This document shows positions 28,501-37,602 of a stretch of DNA of 64,000 nucleotides, piece after piece. Source of the DNA: Bacteroidales bacterium (GTDB taxonomy: Bacteria > Bacteroidota > Bacteroidia > Bacteroidales > ML635J-15). The stretch's first letter is position 1. Every line of letters begins with the position of its first letter. Under the pieces are notes generated by a model. It worked only from the letters and a program-made list of their open reading frames with translations. It was not told where the DNA came from and did not search any database. Location of the stretch: positions 294,364 through 358,363 of the forward strand of contig OY781043.1 in assembly GCA_963676165.1 (NCBI GenBank), given 5' to 3'. Position numbers and translations under genes: made by a program.

Positions 28501-29959
28501 CTGCAAAATTGATTTTTGAGTATGGATAGGTTTGAAAATCTACTCTTGAGATATCCGCACTCATACTCATGTCGTATTGTCCTAAAGAATCAATTCCTCC
28601 ATTAAGGTTTGCAGTCATGCTAAGGTCGCCAAGCATGGGTTCTCTATTCAGAATTTCACCAATTCTTAGTGATTCTATATCAACCTCACCTTTAAAATCG
28701 TATGCTTTATTTTGAAAGTCAGAAATTACTGCGAGGTCAGTAGAGATGCTTCCATAATTGGTTGTGAAACGTCCGTTAGCCACAAGGTCATTAAACATTC
28801 CGACAAGATCTCCTTGGAAATTTACAGTCCCGAGTTTTTGTATGTCATCAGGAAGTGCTAAAGTTTGTTTGTCTTTAAAGGGAGGGACATAAATACTTTG
28901 CGCATCGCGCACTGAGCTGGATAGTTGTTTAACTTCTCCAAAAATAAAGGCTTCATCAAGCACGGGTAAGCCGTTTATGCTAATGTCTGCAATAAAGCGT
29001 GTGTCTTTTCCGTAGGCAAGGCTGAAATTTTTCAATTTAATGTCAGATAATGAGCCTGAGAGGTCAGCACGTAATCTGATTTTTTGATCGAGACCCTGTA
29101 GGTCAGGAGAAAAGTATCCTGCATCAGCAGCACCTAAAAGACTGGAGTCTATTTGAATGTTAAATTCAACATCTTTAAAAATATCATTCATGCTACTATC
29201 GACAATTGCAAGTTCCATAATTGGAGCGTGCAGCATGGAGTTTCCAGTTTTAACAAACAGATTATTGACTTGGTAAAGGGTGTCCGATAAGCGGATAAAA
29301 CCAGAAAGGTTTTCCAGTGAGATTCCAGATTTTTCTTTGAATGACAATTCTTGAAGTGCAAGCTCAATATTGTTTTCATGCATTTGGAAATCATTAATTC
29401 GAATAGTAAACCCATCCACCAATAAATCATTAGAATTGAAGCTGCCTGGTGTTTCCGAAAACGGATTGTGTTGCATTTTTAACGAGGCTTTGTCAATCAG
29501 AAAACTTTCACAGAACACATCGAAACTTTCATTGGACGAGTTGTCTTTAGCTTTGTCGGAATCAAATTTTTCAAGAATATACTCAAAATTGTATCTTCCG
29601 CTACTGTCAGAAAGGACAGATATTTTGGGTTTTTCCAGCAATACTTCACTGATGTAGATTCGCCTTTTCTTAATTTTGAGAGCAGAAACTTTCGCTAGAA
29701 TTGTTTCGGAATAAACTAAGGTGTCATTGTTTTCATCAGGAATGTAAACTTCGTTTAAGATGATTCTGTTGGGCAGTTTAATGTCCATTTCTTCCATTTG
29801 AATTTCCAAATCGTAGCGATTTGACATGTAAGAAATGACACGTTCGGTCATCCAAGTTTGTATCCCAGAAGAATTTAATACAATAAAAAAGATTGCCAGC
29901 AGTCTTAAAAACCACAGCAGAATAAAAAGCAGTATGCGATATATTCTTTTTCTTAGCAC
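25505..29959 (-). CDS. TamB-like translocation and assembly module protein (DUF490 C-terminus)
   Basis: 1484-aa ORF with an N-terminal TM anchor, a long beta-rich body and a C-terminal TamB/DUF490-like region. Confidence 0.75.
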   Translation of the reverse strand: MLRKRIYRILLFILLWFLRLLAIFFIVLNSSGIQTWMTERVISYMSNRYDLEIQMEEMDIKLPNRIILNEVYIPDENNDTLVYSETILAKVSALKIKKRRIYISEVLLEKPKISVLSDSSGRYNFEYILEKFDSDKAKDNSSNESFDVFCESFLIDKASLKMQHNPFSETPGSFNSNDLLVDGFTIRINDFQMHENNIELALQELSFKEKSGISLENLSGFIRLSDTLYQVNNLFVKTGNSMLHAPIMELAIVDSSMNDIFKDVEFNIQIDSSLLGAADAGYFSPDLQGLDQKIRLRADLSGSLSDIKLKNFSLAYGKDTRFIADISINGLPVLDEAFIFGEVKQLSSSVRDAQSIYVPPFKDKQTLALPDDIQKLGTVNFQGDLVGMFNDLVANGRFTTNYGSISTDLAVISDFQNKAYDFKGEVDIESLRIGEILNREPMLGDLSMTANLNGGIDSLGQYDMSMSADISRVDFQTYPYSKINFAGRLTNESFNGEIMVDDPNFKVEFMGGYEMENNVPNMDFRADIKGNLDELQLDTIDSEAGLLLIADVKGNKLDNAIGEVQLSNIYYRKEKDTAKINQLIVNSLNILDEQVLSIRSDYFDINTNGHYNTGEFFTALGKLAYQYFPILDKSEEKEENYLADNPGILNIDAKFHNLNSLTHFFLPQLDIPENMSLDAKLDANKDIYTISLEAPELQFDTIIVKNLKLDLNSDNDAMDIKFFSDRINFKGNEIFDNLAINTTSQEDSVQLDLSWDNENDSIRYAGNFYASVLFEPSLNDNIAIETHLYNSDFILNNQSWMLDETRIRIDTSEINLGSINFHNENQKLRLVGYLSNDPSKDFRYYIQNFDISLLNRFLAKSGYQLTGVFNSNGRLSDAYSDINFRSFIELNDLFVNEEEFGRLQINATWDYLSNALRLDGNSQYIDFRGGINPSSDSLDLTLNINNFGLSVLSPYMINAGLLDINGNIDGSIDVTGKISDPEIQGALDFNRAGLTFDILMARFNINDSIFVYTDSLVFKNFLITDEKGGTGVIRGNLSHNMFQDITYNFDIDLQNYHIMNTTEVDNSQYYGSAFATASANIRGSTQDIVIEIPEAVTEKNTVFVLPMGNSYEADEEPWITFIKDSAAEQHLEDLIPETPFDVTFLMNLSVTPDAEARLVFDPKVGDMIRANALGDLSIEVYPDGDFSMKGELEVKSGDYLFTLQNIINKRFVIEEGGMISWDGNPTEGKLDLRAAYKLKAPLYDIMVGIDTSDVYKRRTDVSCFMNMTGDLLNPDIKFSIEVPNADEKAKTRVASLSDDEINKQVLTLLVLNRFYTPDDMQMAGENRSSNLAGVTSFELLSNQLSNWLSQISDDFDIGVNYRPGDEITSQELEVALSTQILNDRVLINGNVGVGEHENTSSDIVGDVEVQVKINKSGNLRVKGFTRANSQSQLDFDYGPYTQGVGIFYTESFNTIKELLQRYFAPITKKNEEEDKEEGTEKSEE

Positions 29960-30058
29960 AATCCGTTATTTGATACAAAAGTAACAAAGGTGGGCATATT
30001 TTGCCACCATATGTAAGCAAAAAACGTGCAAATATTTAACTTTGTAAAAAATGCAAAC

Positions 30059-31084
30059 ATGTCAAAACTTATTTTAGGAATAGAATCCTCTTGCGATGAC
30101 ACCTCTGCAGCGGTTTTGTGGGGCGAAGAGGTTTTAAGTAATGTGGTTGCTGGTCAGGCTGTTCACGAGAAGTATGGTGGTGTTGTGCCAGAGTTGGCGT
30201 CACGTGCACATGAGCAAAATATCATCCCTGTTGTTGATACCGCATTAAAAGAAGCTGGGATTACTGTAAATGATTTGGATGCAATTGCTTACACACGAGG
30301 TCCAGGTTTGCTTGGAAGCTTGTTGGTAGGAAGCAGTTTTGTGAAAGGTTTGAGCCTTTCTGCAAATATCCCAATGATAGAAGTTAACCATTTGCACGGG
30401 CATATTTTTGCTCACTTTTTGCGTGATCAGGAGAATATAAACGAGTCCCAACCGCAATTTCCATTTTTAAATTTGCTGATTTCCGGAGGTCATACTCAAA
30501 TTATTCTTGTTAAAGATTATATGGCGTTTGAGATTCTGGGTGGCACTATTGACGATGCTGCGGGTGAGGCATTTGATAAATGTGCAAAAGTGATGAATTT
30601 AGGATATCCTGGTGGTCCGGTTATTGACAAATTAGCGAAGAAAGGCGATCCTCAAGCATTTCACTTTACCAAACCACGTATTCCCGATTTGGATTTTAGT
30701 TTTAGTGGATTGAAAACGTCATTTTTATATCTAATCAGAGATCATTTGAAAGAGGATCCTGACTTTTTGACAAAACGAACAGAAGATTTAGCGGCTTCTA
30801 TACAGTCAACCATAATCGACATATTGAATGATAAGCTTGTAAGGGCATCTCATGAGACAGGAATTAAGCATGTGGCAGCATCTGGAGGGGTTTCAGCAAA
30901 CTCTCACTTGAAAGAGGTTTTGACTGAAACAAGCAAAAAAGAAGGTTGGAATTTGCACCTGCCACCTTTACGATATACAACAGATAATGCAGCAATGATT
31001 GCAATTATCGGATATTATAAATACCTTCGCTCTGAATTTGCAAGTCACGAGATGGTTCCCATGGCTAGAATGAAGGTCAAGTAA
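30059..31084 (+). CDS. tsaD: tRNA N6-adenosine threonylcarbamoyltransferase
   Basis: MSKLILGIESSCDDTSAAV, NHLHGH and SGGVSAN are TsaD/Kae1 hallmarks. The ATG at 30059 is preferred over the upstream GTG at 30026. Confidence 0.9.
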   Translation: MSKLILGIESSCDDTSAAVLWGEEVLSNVVAGQAVHEKYGGVVPELASRAHEQNIIPVVDTALKEAGITVNDLDAIAYTRGPGLLGSLLVGSSFVKGLSLSANIPMIEVNHLHGHIFAHFLRDQENINESQPQFPFLNLLISGGHTQIILVKDYMAFEILGGTIDDAAGEAFDKCAKVMNLGYPGGPVIDKLAKKGDPQAFHFTKPRIPDLDFSFSGLKTSFLYLIRDHLKEDPDFLTKRTEDLAASIQSTIIDILNDKLVRASHETGIKHVAASGGVSANSHLKEVLTETSKKEGWNLHLPPLRYTTDNAAMIAIIGYYKYLRSEFASHEMVPMARMKVK

Positions 31085-31212
31085 ATCTTTTTTTTAATTC
31101 AGGCAACGAATTTTGAAAAAAATGGTCTGATAATTGTAAATTGAGAGAATTGTATTGAAATAGTGAAAGCAATTTTAATATTTTTGTTAAATACTAATTA
31201 AAAAATCATATT

Positions 31213-32322
31213 ATGAAACGAGTTTTAAGTATAAGCCTTGCTTTGGTAATGTTTTTTGGTTTGAGTGCAAGTGCTCAACAAAAAGGAGCAGCAATTTCTT
31301 GGGATAAAACATCTCATGATTTCGGAACTTTTAAAGAAGAAGCCGGAAAGCAAACAGCGACATTTATATTCAAAAACACTGGGAATGAGAATTTGGTGAT
31401 TACGAATGTTCGTTCATCTTGTGGTTGTACTTCTCCTGATTGGACAAAAACTCCTGTTAAACCGGGTGAAGAAGGGTATGTTAAAGCTACTTACGATCCA
31501 AGAAACCGTCCTAACAAATTCAATAAATCAGTGACTGTTACTACCAATGCAAACCCACCAACAACAATTTTAAGAATTACAGGAAATGTAACTCCTCGCG
31601 AGAAAACTGTTGAGGATATTTATCCAAAAGTATTTGGTGATTTGCGTTTGAAAACTTCTCATGTTGCTTTTGTGAAAATCACAAACAACGATGTGAAAAC
31701 TGAAAAACTTGAAGTGGTAAACATGGGCGTAAAACCAGTTACCCTTGATTTCTCAAACGTTCCTTCTCACATTAAAATTGAAGCCAATCCAAAAACATTG
31801 CAGGGAATGAAGGAAGGTGAAAAACATGGTGAAAAAGGTGTTATTACTATTACTTATGATGCAAAAGCAAAAGGCGATTACGGTTTCGTGATTGACAGAC
31901 TTTATTTGCTTCTTAACGGAGAAAAAAACTATTCAAACAGATTGTCTGTTAGTGCAACAATTGAAGAAGATTTCTCTCACCTCTCACCTGAAGAGTTAGC
32001 AAATGCACCAAAAGTTGAATTCAAAACTTCTGATTTTGATTTTGGTACAATCAAACAAAAAGAAAAAGTAAATCATCGTTATGAATTTACAAATACTGGT
32101 AAATCTGATTTGATCATTCGTAAAATCAAAGCAAGTTGTGGTTGTACAGCAACTAACCCTGAAAAAGACGTAATTAAACCAGGGGAATCATCTTACATTG
32201 ATGTAACCTTTAACTCTGCTGGTAAACGTGGAAAACAAAGAAAAACAATTACTGTGATCACTAACGATCCTAAAGAGTCAACAACACGTTTGACAATCAC
32301 AGGTACTGTAGAAGTTGAATAA
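31213..32322 (+). CDS. DUF1573 domain-containing secreted protein (two repeats)
   Basis: It has two copies of F.F.N.G...L.I..V..SCGCT.P.W. Confidence 0.8.
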   Translation: MKRVLSISLALVMFFGLSASAQQKGAAISWDKTSHDFGTFKEEAGKQTATFIFKNTGNENLVITNVRSSCGCTSPDWTKTPVKPGEEGYVKATYDPRNRPNKFNKSVTVTTNANPPTTILRITGNVTPREKTVEDIYPKVFGDLRLKTSHVAFVKITNNDVKTEKLEVVNMGVKPVTLDFSNVPSHIKIEANPKTLQGMKEGEKHGEKGVITITYDAKAKGDYGFVIDRLYLLLNGEKNYSNRLSVSATIEEDFSHLSPEELANAPKVEFKTSDFDFGTIKQKEKVNHRYEFTNTGKSDLIIRKIKASCGCTATNPEKDVIKPGESSYIDVTFNSAGKRGKQRKTITVITNDPKESTTRLTITGTVEVE

Positions 32323-32344
32323 ATTGACAATACATATTTTAGAA

Positions 32345-32373
32345 AAACCTTCGGAATGCCCGGAGGTTTTTTT
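32345..32373 (+). terminator. Rho-independent terminator
   Basis: AACCTTCGG-AATGC-CCGGAGGTT followed by TTTTTTT. Confidence 0.65.
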
Positions 32374-32423
32374 ATTTCTTATAACATAATTTTGTATATT
32401 GCATTGTCACAAAATTTTAAAAC

Positions 32424-35183
32424 ATGCGATTCCTAAAGCTTGCTCTTAGTTCAATTTTTGTCCTTTGTACTTACTTGTTTGCATTCTCTCAAGTCGTTCA
32501 GAAACCAACTCAGGTTCCAGGTTTGATTGTTGTGAGAATGAATGATAGTCAGGCAAAGGTTGATGACCTTTCAGAACTTCTTTTGCAGTTTAATGTCAAA
32601 TATGCAAAAGCTTTGTTTCCGATGGCAGAAAAGCCTGTTCGTGAGTTTAAGAATGGACATAAAACGATAGATCTAACACGCTATATTGAAATTCAACTTG
32701 CCGATGATGCGCAAAAATCACAATGCATATTGGCTTTAAATAAATCTGGTTTTGTGGAATACGCAGAACCAAGATACATTCCCGAATTACTTTATATACC
32801 AGATGATCCACAACATAGCAATCAGTATTACCTTCAAAATGTTATGGCTTACGATGGCTGGGATATTCATAAAGGAGACAGTGCAACTGTGATTGCCATT
32901 GTTGATACAGGTTTGGATATGGATCATGAAGATTTGATTTATACAATAGCATACAATTACGACGATCCTATTGATGGTATTGACAATGATAATGATGGTT
33001 TTGTTGATAATTTCAGAGGTTGGGATATGGGGGATAATGACAACTTCCCTCAAAATGAAATGAATGAGCATGGTACACTCTGTGCTGGAATGGCTGCTGC
33101 CGATTCCGATAACGGACTTGGAGTGGTTGGTACTGGATTTGATTGCAGTATTTTGCCAGTAAAAGTGCAAGATGAGGATAGCTTGTTATCTCGCGCGTAC
33201 GAAGGAATTATTTATGCTGCAGATCAAGGTGCAGACGTTATAAATTGCTCGTGGGGAAACACCTACTTTGCCCAATTTGAGCAAGATGTTGTTCAATATG
33301 CAGCGATTAATCGCGATGCGCTTGTTGTTGCATCTGCCGGAAATGATCATAATGATGTGAATTTTTATCCAGCAAGCTATGATTTTGTACTTTCCGTTGC
33401 CGGGACAACTTCCACAGACGAAAAATGGACTCCTGAAAATGGAAATTCCAGTGGGGGTTCAAGTTATGGATATTTTGTGGATGTAGCTGCACCTGCAATT
33501 CGGATCATGACAACCTCTGATGGTGGTGATTATCGTCAAGCCTATGCTGGTACGTCTTTTTCAGGACCTATTGTGGCAGGTGTTGCTGGCATTGTGAGGA
33601 GTTATTATCCTCAGATGTCTGCATTGCAGGCCATAGAGCATTTGAAAAATAGTACAGATGTGATTGATACCATCCCGTTTAATCAGGAGTGGAAAGGACT
33701 TTTGGGAACTGGACGGATTAATATGTTGAAAGCCCTCAGTGAGCCAATAAAGCCAGGTCTTGTGTTTCAAAATATTACGATTTTTGACGATAGAGTGGAT
33801 GATTATCAAAATACTCGCATGGTTGAAATTACTGGTGACCTATTTAACTACCTTAGAGATGCAAGCAATGTAACAATTCAAGCGAATGTTTTGTCAAATA
33901 ATGCGTCCGTAATTACTCCAACAATTGATTTGGGTTCGGTTGATAGTTTGCAAGCTGTTTCGGTTGAGTCTGGAAACTTGCAGTTAGAGTTGGATGATCC
34001 GGTTGCTTACGATGATAAGGTAATTGTTGAATTGGAAATTACAGCCGATGATTTTAGTCGAATACAATATGTGGTTTTCTATACCAGGCCAAGTTACCGA
34101 GATATTTCAAATGGAGACATGCACTTAAGTGTCCCATCTAATGGAATGTTTGGCTTCGTTGATTACTCAAGGCAAATTGGTAATGGGTTGAACTATTTAG
34201 AATTTAGAGATCTTTTTTATGATGCTGCTTGGGTAATGGGGACATCTGAAGACGCTCTTCTTGATGCTTTTCGCGTGGATAACTCTTTTAGCGTTTTGCA
34301 AACCACACAGCAAGAAGATCATCCATTAGCAGACGAATTTGTGTATGGTGAATTTAGAGCTTACAATATTGAAGCTGCTATTAATCTAAATGTGCAACAG
34401 AAAGTGTATGCGTGGAACGATTTACCAAATCTTTTCCTTATTGATCTTGCTTTTGTGAATCAAAACATGGTGGATCTTAACGATTTTTATGCTTCATTGT
34501 TTGTCGATTGGGATTTATTCAAATCAAGTCGTAATCGTATTATCTGGGATGATGTGAAAGACTTTGCTTATGCAGAACACACAGGAGATGTCAATCTTTT
34601 CGGTGGATTTAAACTTTTGTCTGATGTTCCATTGAAGCATTATGCAATGGATCAGTTAGTCAATGGAGATGGGCTGGTTGATTTGACTAACGGTTTGTCT
34701 TCTGAAGAGAAATTCTATTGCATGACACATACCAATCATTCCGCGGGAGCAACTGGAGATGGAAGCGATATTGTGCAGTCCTTTGGATTTGGTCCAATCA
34801 ATTTGCCGACCGAGGATACTGTCCACATTGTGTTGGGTATGTTGGTAGGGCAGAGTTTTTATGAAATGCAAACAGCTGTTGATAGTTTGCAGGCAAGATA
34901 TGCTTTGTTGTATCCTGACGAGTCTGGGATTTCAATTTCGGGAAATGCGTTAATTGATTGTTTTCCGAATCCAAGCAATGGAATGATTACTGTTTCAATA
35001 AGGCAATCAGGAACACAATCAGGAACACTGCACATATATAATATGTATGGTGGTTTGGTGTATCAAGCTGAAGTGATATCAGGTGAAAAACTTATGCTTC
35101 CTCTGGAGAATGGTGTTTATCACATGAGTTTTGAAAACAATCAAGTTTCAATTATGCGAAAACTGGTAATTTCTAAGCCTTAG
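32424..35183 (+). CDS. S8-family subtilisin-like serine peptidase with a T9SS C-terminal sorting domain
   Basis: The catalytic triad contexts are VDTGLD, HGTLCAG and GTSFSGP. The C-terminal CFPNPSNGMITVS... is a Por secretion tail. Confidence 0.85.
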   Translation: MRFLKLALSSIFVLCTYLFAFSQVVQKPTQVPGLIVVRMNDSQAKVDDLSELLLQFNVKYAKALFPMAEKPVREFKNGHKTIDLTRYIEIQLADDAQKSQCILALNKSGFVEYAEPRYIPELLYIPDDPQHSNQYYLQNVMAYDGWDIHKGDSATVIAIVDTGLDMDHEDLIYTIAYNYDDPIDGIDNDNDGFVDNFRGWDMGDNDNFPQNEMNEHGTLCAGMAAADSDNGLGVVGTGFDCSILPVKVQDEDSLLSRAYEGIIYAADQGADVINCSWGNTYFAQFEQDVVQYAAINRDALVVASAGNDHNDVNFYPASYDFVLSVAGTTSTDEKWTPENGNSSGGSSYGYFVDVAAPAIRIMTTSDGGDYRQAYAGTSFSGPIVAGVAGIVRSYYPQMSALQAIEHLKNSTDVIDTIPFNQEWKGLLGTGRINMLKALSEPIKPGLVFQNITIFDDRVDDYQNTRMVEITGDLFNYLRDASNVTIQANVLSNNASVITPTIDLGSVDSLQAVSVESGNLQLELDDPVAYDDKVIVELEITADDFSRIQYVVFYTRPSYRDISNGDMHLSVPSNGMFGFVDYSRQIGNGLNYLEFRDLFYDAAWVMGTSEDALLDAFRVDNSFSVLQTTQQEDHPLADEFVYGEFRAYNIEAAINLNVQQKVYAWNDLPNLFLIDLAFVNQNMVDLNDFYASLFVDWDLFKSSRNRIIWDDVKDFAYAEHTGDVNLFGGFKLLSDVPLKHYAMDQLVNGDGLVDLTNGLSSEEKFYCMTHTNHSAGATGDGSDIVQSFGFGPINLPTEDTVHIVLGMLVGQSFYEMQTAVDSLQARYALLYPDESGISISGNALIDCFPNPSNGMITVSIRQSGTQSGTLHIYNMYGGLVYQAEVISGEKLMLPLENGVYHMSFENNQVSIMRKLVISKP

Positions 35184-35884
35184 TGTTTGAGGAGGTGAGG
35201 GTTAAGTTTTTCGAATTCTTTGATGAGGAGCTCTGGTTTTTTAAGGCTCTTTATCATCCATTCCAGTTTTAAATTCTTTTTGCGTTCTTCTGGTAGTTGC
35301 CAATCAATCTCGGATTGGTGTAATCTCCATGTTAAATGGTGCATGCTTATTGCTGCAGAAACAGAAATATTAAATGACTCTGTAAATCCATGCATGGGAA
35401 TTTTCATGTATTCATCTGCTTCTTGCATAACATCATTCGTGATGCCTGGTACTTCAGACCCAAAGACTAGAGCGAATTTACCTTTGTTAAGATCAAAAGC
35501 TTCTAGATCAACATCGTTTTTATGTGGTGTGGTTGCTACAATGCGATAGCCTTCTTTTTTTAGATTTCTTAGTGCTGCAATTGTATTGTTTTCTTCTTGG
35601 TCATGAAAATGAATATCTAACCATTTGTCTGCACCCATGGCAACATCTGGGTTCACTTTGTAGTTATAATTGTTTTCAATAATATGGACATCTTGAATTC
35701 CGAAACAATCACAAGTTCTCAAGACAGCACTTGCATTTTGAGCTTGATAAATATCTTCGAGAACGATAGTCATATAATCTGTGCGCTTTGATAGTATGTC
35801 ATCGAAGAGTTCAAAGCGTCTTTCCAGCATAAACTGAGCAAGATAGTTAATGAGTTGGTCTCTGTATGAAGCTTTCATAGGCAT
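35180..35884 (-). CDS. TrmH/SpoU-family RNA 2'-O-methyltransferase
   Basis: NASAVLRTCDCFGIQDVHII, LVFGSEVPGIT and MHGFTESFNISVSAAI are SpoU methylase motifs. Confidence 0.8.
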   Translation of the reverse strand: MPMKASYRDQLINYLAQFMLERRFELFDDILSKRTDYMTIVLEDIYQAQNASAVLRTCDCFGIQDVHIIENNYNYKVNPDVAMGADKWLDIHFHDQEENNTIAALRNLKKEGYRIVATTPHKNDVDLEAFDLNKGKFALVFGSEVPGITNDVMQEADEYMKIPMHGFTESFNISVSAAISMHHLTWRLHQSEIDWQLPEERKKNLKLEWMIKSLKKPELLIKEFEKLNPHLLKH

Positions 35885-35888
35885 AAAC

Positions 35889-35918
35889 GAAAAAAAAGGA
35901 GCATTTGCTCCTTTTTTA
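35889..35918 (-). terminator. Rho-independent terminator of the HU gene
   Basis: GGAGCA-TT-TGCTCC hairpin, followed on the minus strand by a T-run. Confidence 0.65.
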
Positions 35919-35937
35919 ACATCTTAAGTAATCTGAA

Positions 35938-36213
35938 TTATTTTACAGAATCTTTTAATTCGCTACCAGCTGAAAATTTAACAACTTTTTTAGCAGGAAT
36001 ATTAATTACTTCATTAGGTTTTTGTGGGTTTCTACCTTTACGAGCAGCTCTTTCAGAAACTGAGAAAGAACCAAAACCTACTAATGCTACACGTTCTCCT
36101 TTTTTCAAAGAATCAGTAGTTGCTCCGATAAATCCATCAAGTGCTTTTTTTGCGTCTGCTTTAGTTAGACCAGCTTTTTCAGCCATTGCATCAATTAATT
36201 GTGCTTTGTTCAT
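35938..36213 (-). CDS. HU-family DNA-binding protein
   Basis: 91-aa ORF with MNKAQLIDAMAEKAGLTKADAKKALD...GFGSFSV..RAARKGRNPQ. Confidence 0.9.
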   Translation of the reverse strand: MNKAQLIDAMAEKAGLTKADAKKALDGFIGATTDSLKKGERVALVGFGSFSVSERAARKGRNPQKPNEVINIPAKKVVKFSAGSELKDSVK

Positions 36214-36536
36214 AATACTAAGGTTTTAAGGTTAATTAAACTTTTAATTCTTATGAATGCAAATATATGCTATTGTCTCATTTTTGCAAGTTTATGCATA
36301 AAAAAAATAAAATTTGTTAATAAATACGTCCGGATTGTTAATAAACCCACCTCTATTAGAGGGTTTTGGAGGATTTTGTGAGGTTTTATTCAAAATAAAA
36401 GTATAATCATAGAATGTTAAAAGCGATGAAAAGTGAAATGATTTACAATCTGATGGATTGTTCAATTTTTTTTGACAAAAAGTGGTAATTATTTTTGATT
36501 GTTTAAAAATGATATTATTTTTGCACTCCATTCTCA

Positions 36537-36623
36537 GGAGAGATGGCAGAGTGGTCGAATGCGGTGGTCTTGAAAACCATTGACCGTGCGAGCGGTCCGG
36601 GGGTTCGAATCCCTCTCTCTCCG
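36537..36623 (+). tRNA. tRNA-Ser (anticodon TGA)
   Basis: The acceptor stem GGAGAGA/TCTCTCC closes correctly. The anticodon loop is CTTGAAA. There is a long variable arm and a GGTTCGAATCC T-loop. CCA is not encoded. Confidence 0.9.
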
Positions 36624-36653
36624 CAGAAAAATAAACCTTGGCGTTAGTCAGGG

Positions 36654-36711
36654 TTTTTTCATTCATGCCAAGCATGAGAACGAGTTCTCATGCTTGGCAT
36701 GAATGAAAAAA
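36654..36711. repeat. Perfect 58-bp palindrome (27-bp arms, 4-nt loop)
   Basis: TTTTTTCATTCATGCCAAGCATGAGAA-CGAG-TTCTCATGCTTGGCATGAATGAAAAAA, starting 30 nt after the tRNA-Ser. Confidence 0.95.
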
Positions 36712-37059
36712 GCATCGGGATGCGATAGTAGACCGGGTTTGTTTTTCTGAAACACCCCACACGGGATCACGCAAGGCGTTAGCCGAAGCAGTTTGAGTCC
36801 CGATATGCATATTAAACAAATCGAATCGGGACAATTCAACCATCGTTATTTACTGCACTATTGTTTGTAAATATTGGGTTTCATTCATTTGAGTAATGAC
36901 GAAAAATCAAAATAACTTTGTCTGAGGGGGTTTTGTAATCTGAAGAAAATCAGAAGGTAAGAGTCTTTTAATACTCTCTTAACAAGAAAAAACTTTAGTT
37001 GCCTGTAACAAAATTGAAACCTTGTCCGTCACACCCTTGAAAACAAAAAACAAAAGAAA

Positions 37060-37584
37060 ATGAAAACAAATGCTTTAATGATTCCACTCGCGCTTCTTAT
37101 CATGCGCCTCCTCCATACTATGGGTTTCGCAATGACACCTCCTCAGAATAAACTTTTTATTGAAGAGGAAAGTTATGTAAACTCATTGGATAATATGGAG
37201 CGTGAAACTTATCCTTTTTTGAGTACAAAAGATTATGAATATGAGTCAGTCGACAATATGGTTCTGGCTAAAGATCTGATTGTATTTGATATGCATAATT
37301 ATGCAACAATCTATATTCATATTGATGAGAATGGAAATTATTCAAAACGTGTTGAATATTATGCTAGTGTTGAAAAAAGCGATGTGTCTGAAGTGGTTCA
37401 AGAACCTGAAAAAACAAATGTGTTTGAAAGTATGCGAAGCATGAGTAGAGATTTATTGCGTCAAGCATCCGATTACTTTTTCCATAAATCAGAGCCAAGC
37501 GAAGAAGTTGAAATCGTTGAGCCTACACAAAACGATAAAAAATATTTTAAATCAGATTATAGAGAAGAAATCCCAAAATATTAA
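37060..37584 (+). CDS. Hypothetical secreted protein
   Basis: 174-aa ORF with a hydrophobic N-terminus. No recognisable motifs. Confidence 0.45.
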   Translation: MKTNALMIPLALLIMRLLHTMGFAMTPPQNKLFIEEESYVNSLDNMERETYPFLSTKDYEYESVDNMVLAKDLIVFDMHNYATIYIHIDENGNYSKRVEYYASVEKSDVSEVVQEPEKTNVFESMRSMSRDLLRQASDYFFHKSEPSEEVEIVEPTQNDKKYFKSDYREEIPKY

Positions 37585-37602
37585 CGATAAAAATTTACAA
37601 TT

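Noticed and set aside
22441-29657. Many 60-120-aa ORFs on the opposite strand of ileS and the tamB-like gene, with similar ones inside pgk, the adhesin gene, the TonB receptor and the S8 protease
   Set aside because: They are shadow ORFs within long, well-supported genes. None shows signal peptides, motifs or plausible starts.
36292-36675. 127-aa minus-strand ORF in the track
   Set aside because: It runs antisense through tRNA-Ser and one arm of the perfect palindrome. Its peptide (…EREGFEPP…) is the classic tRNA T-arm translation artefact.
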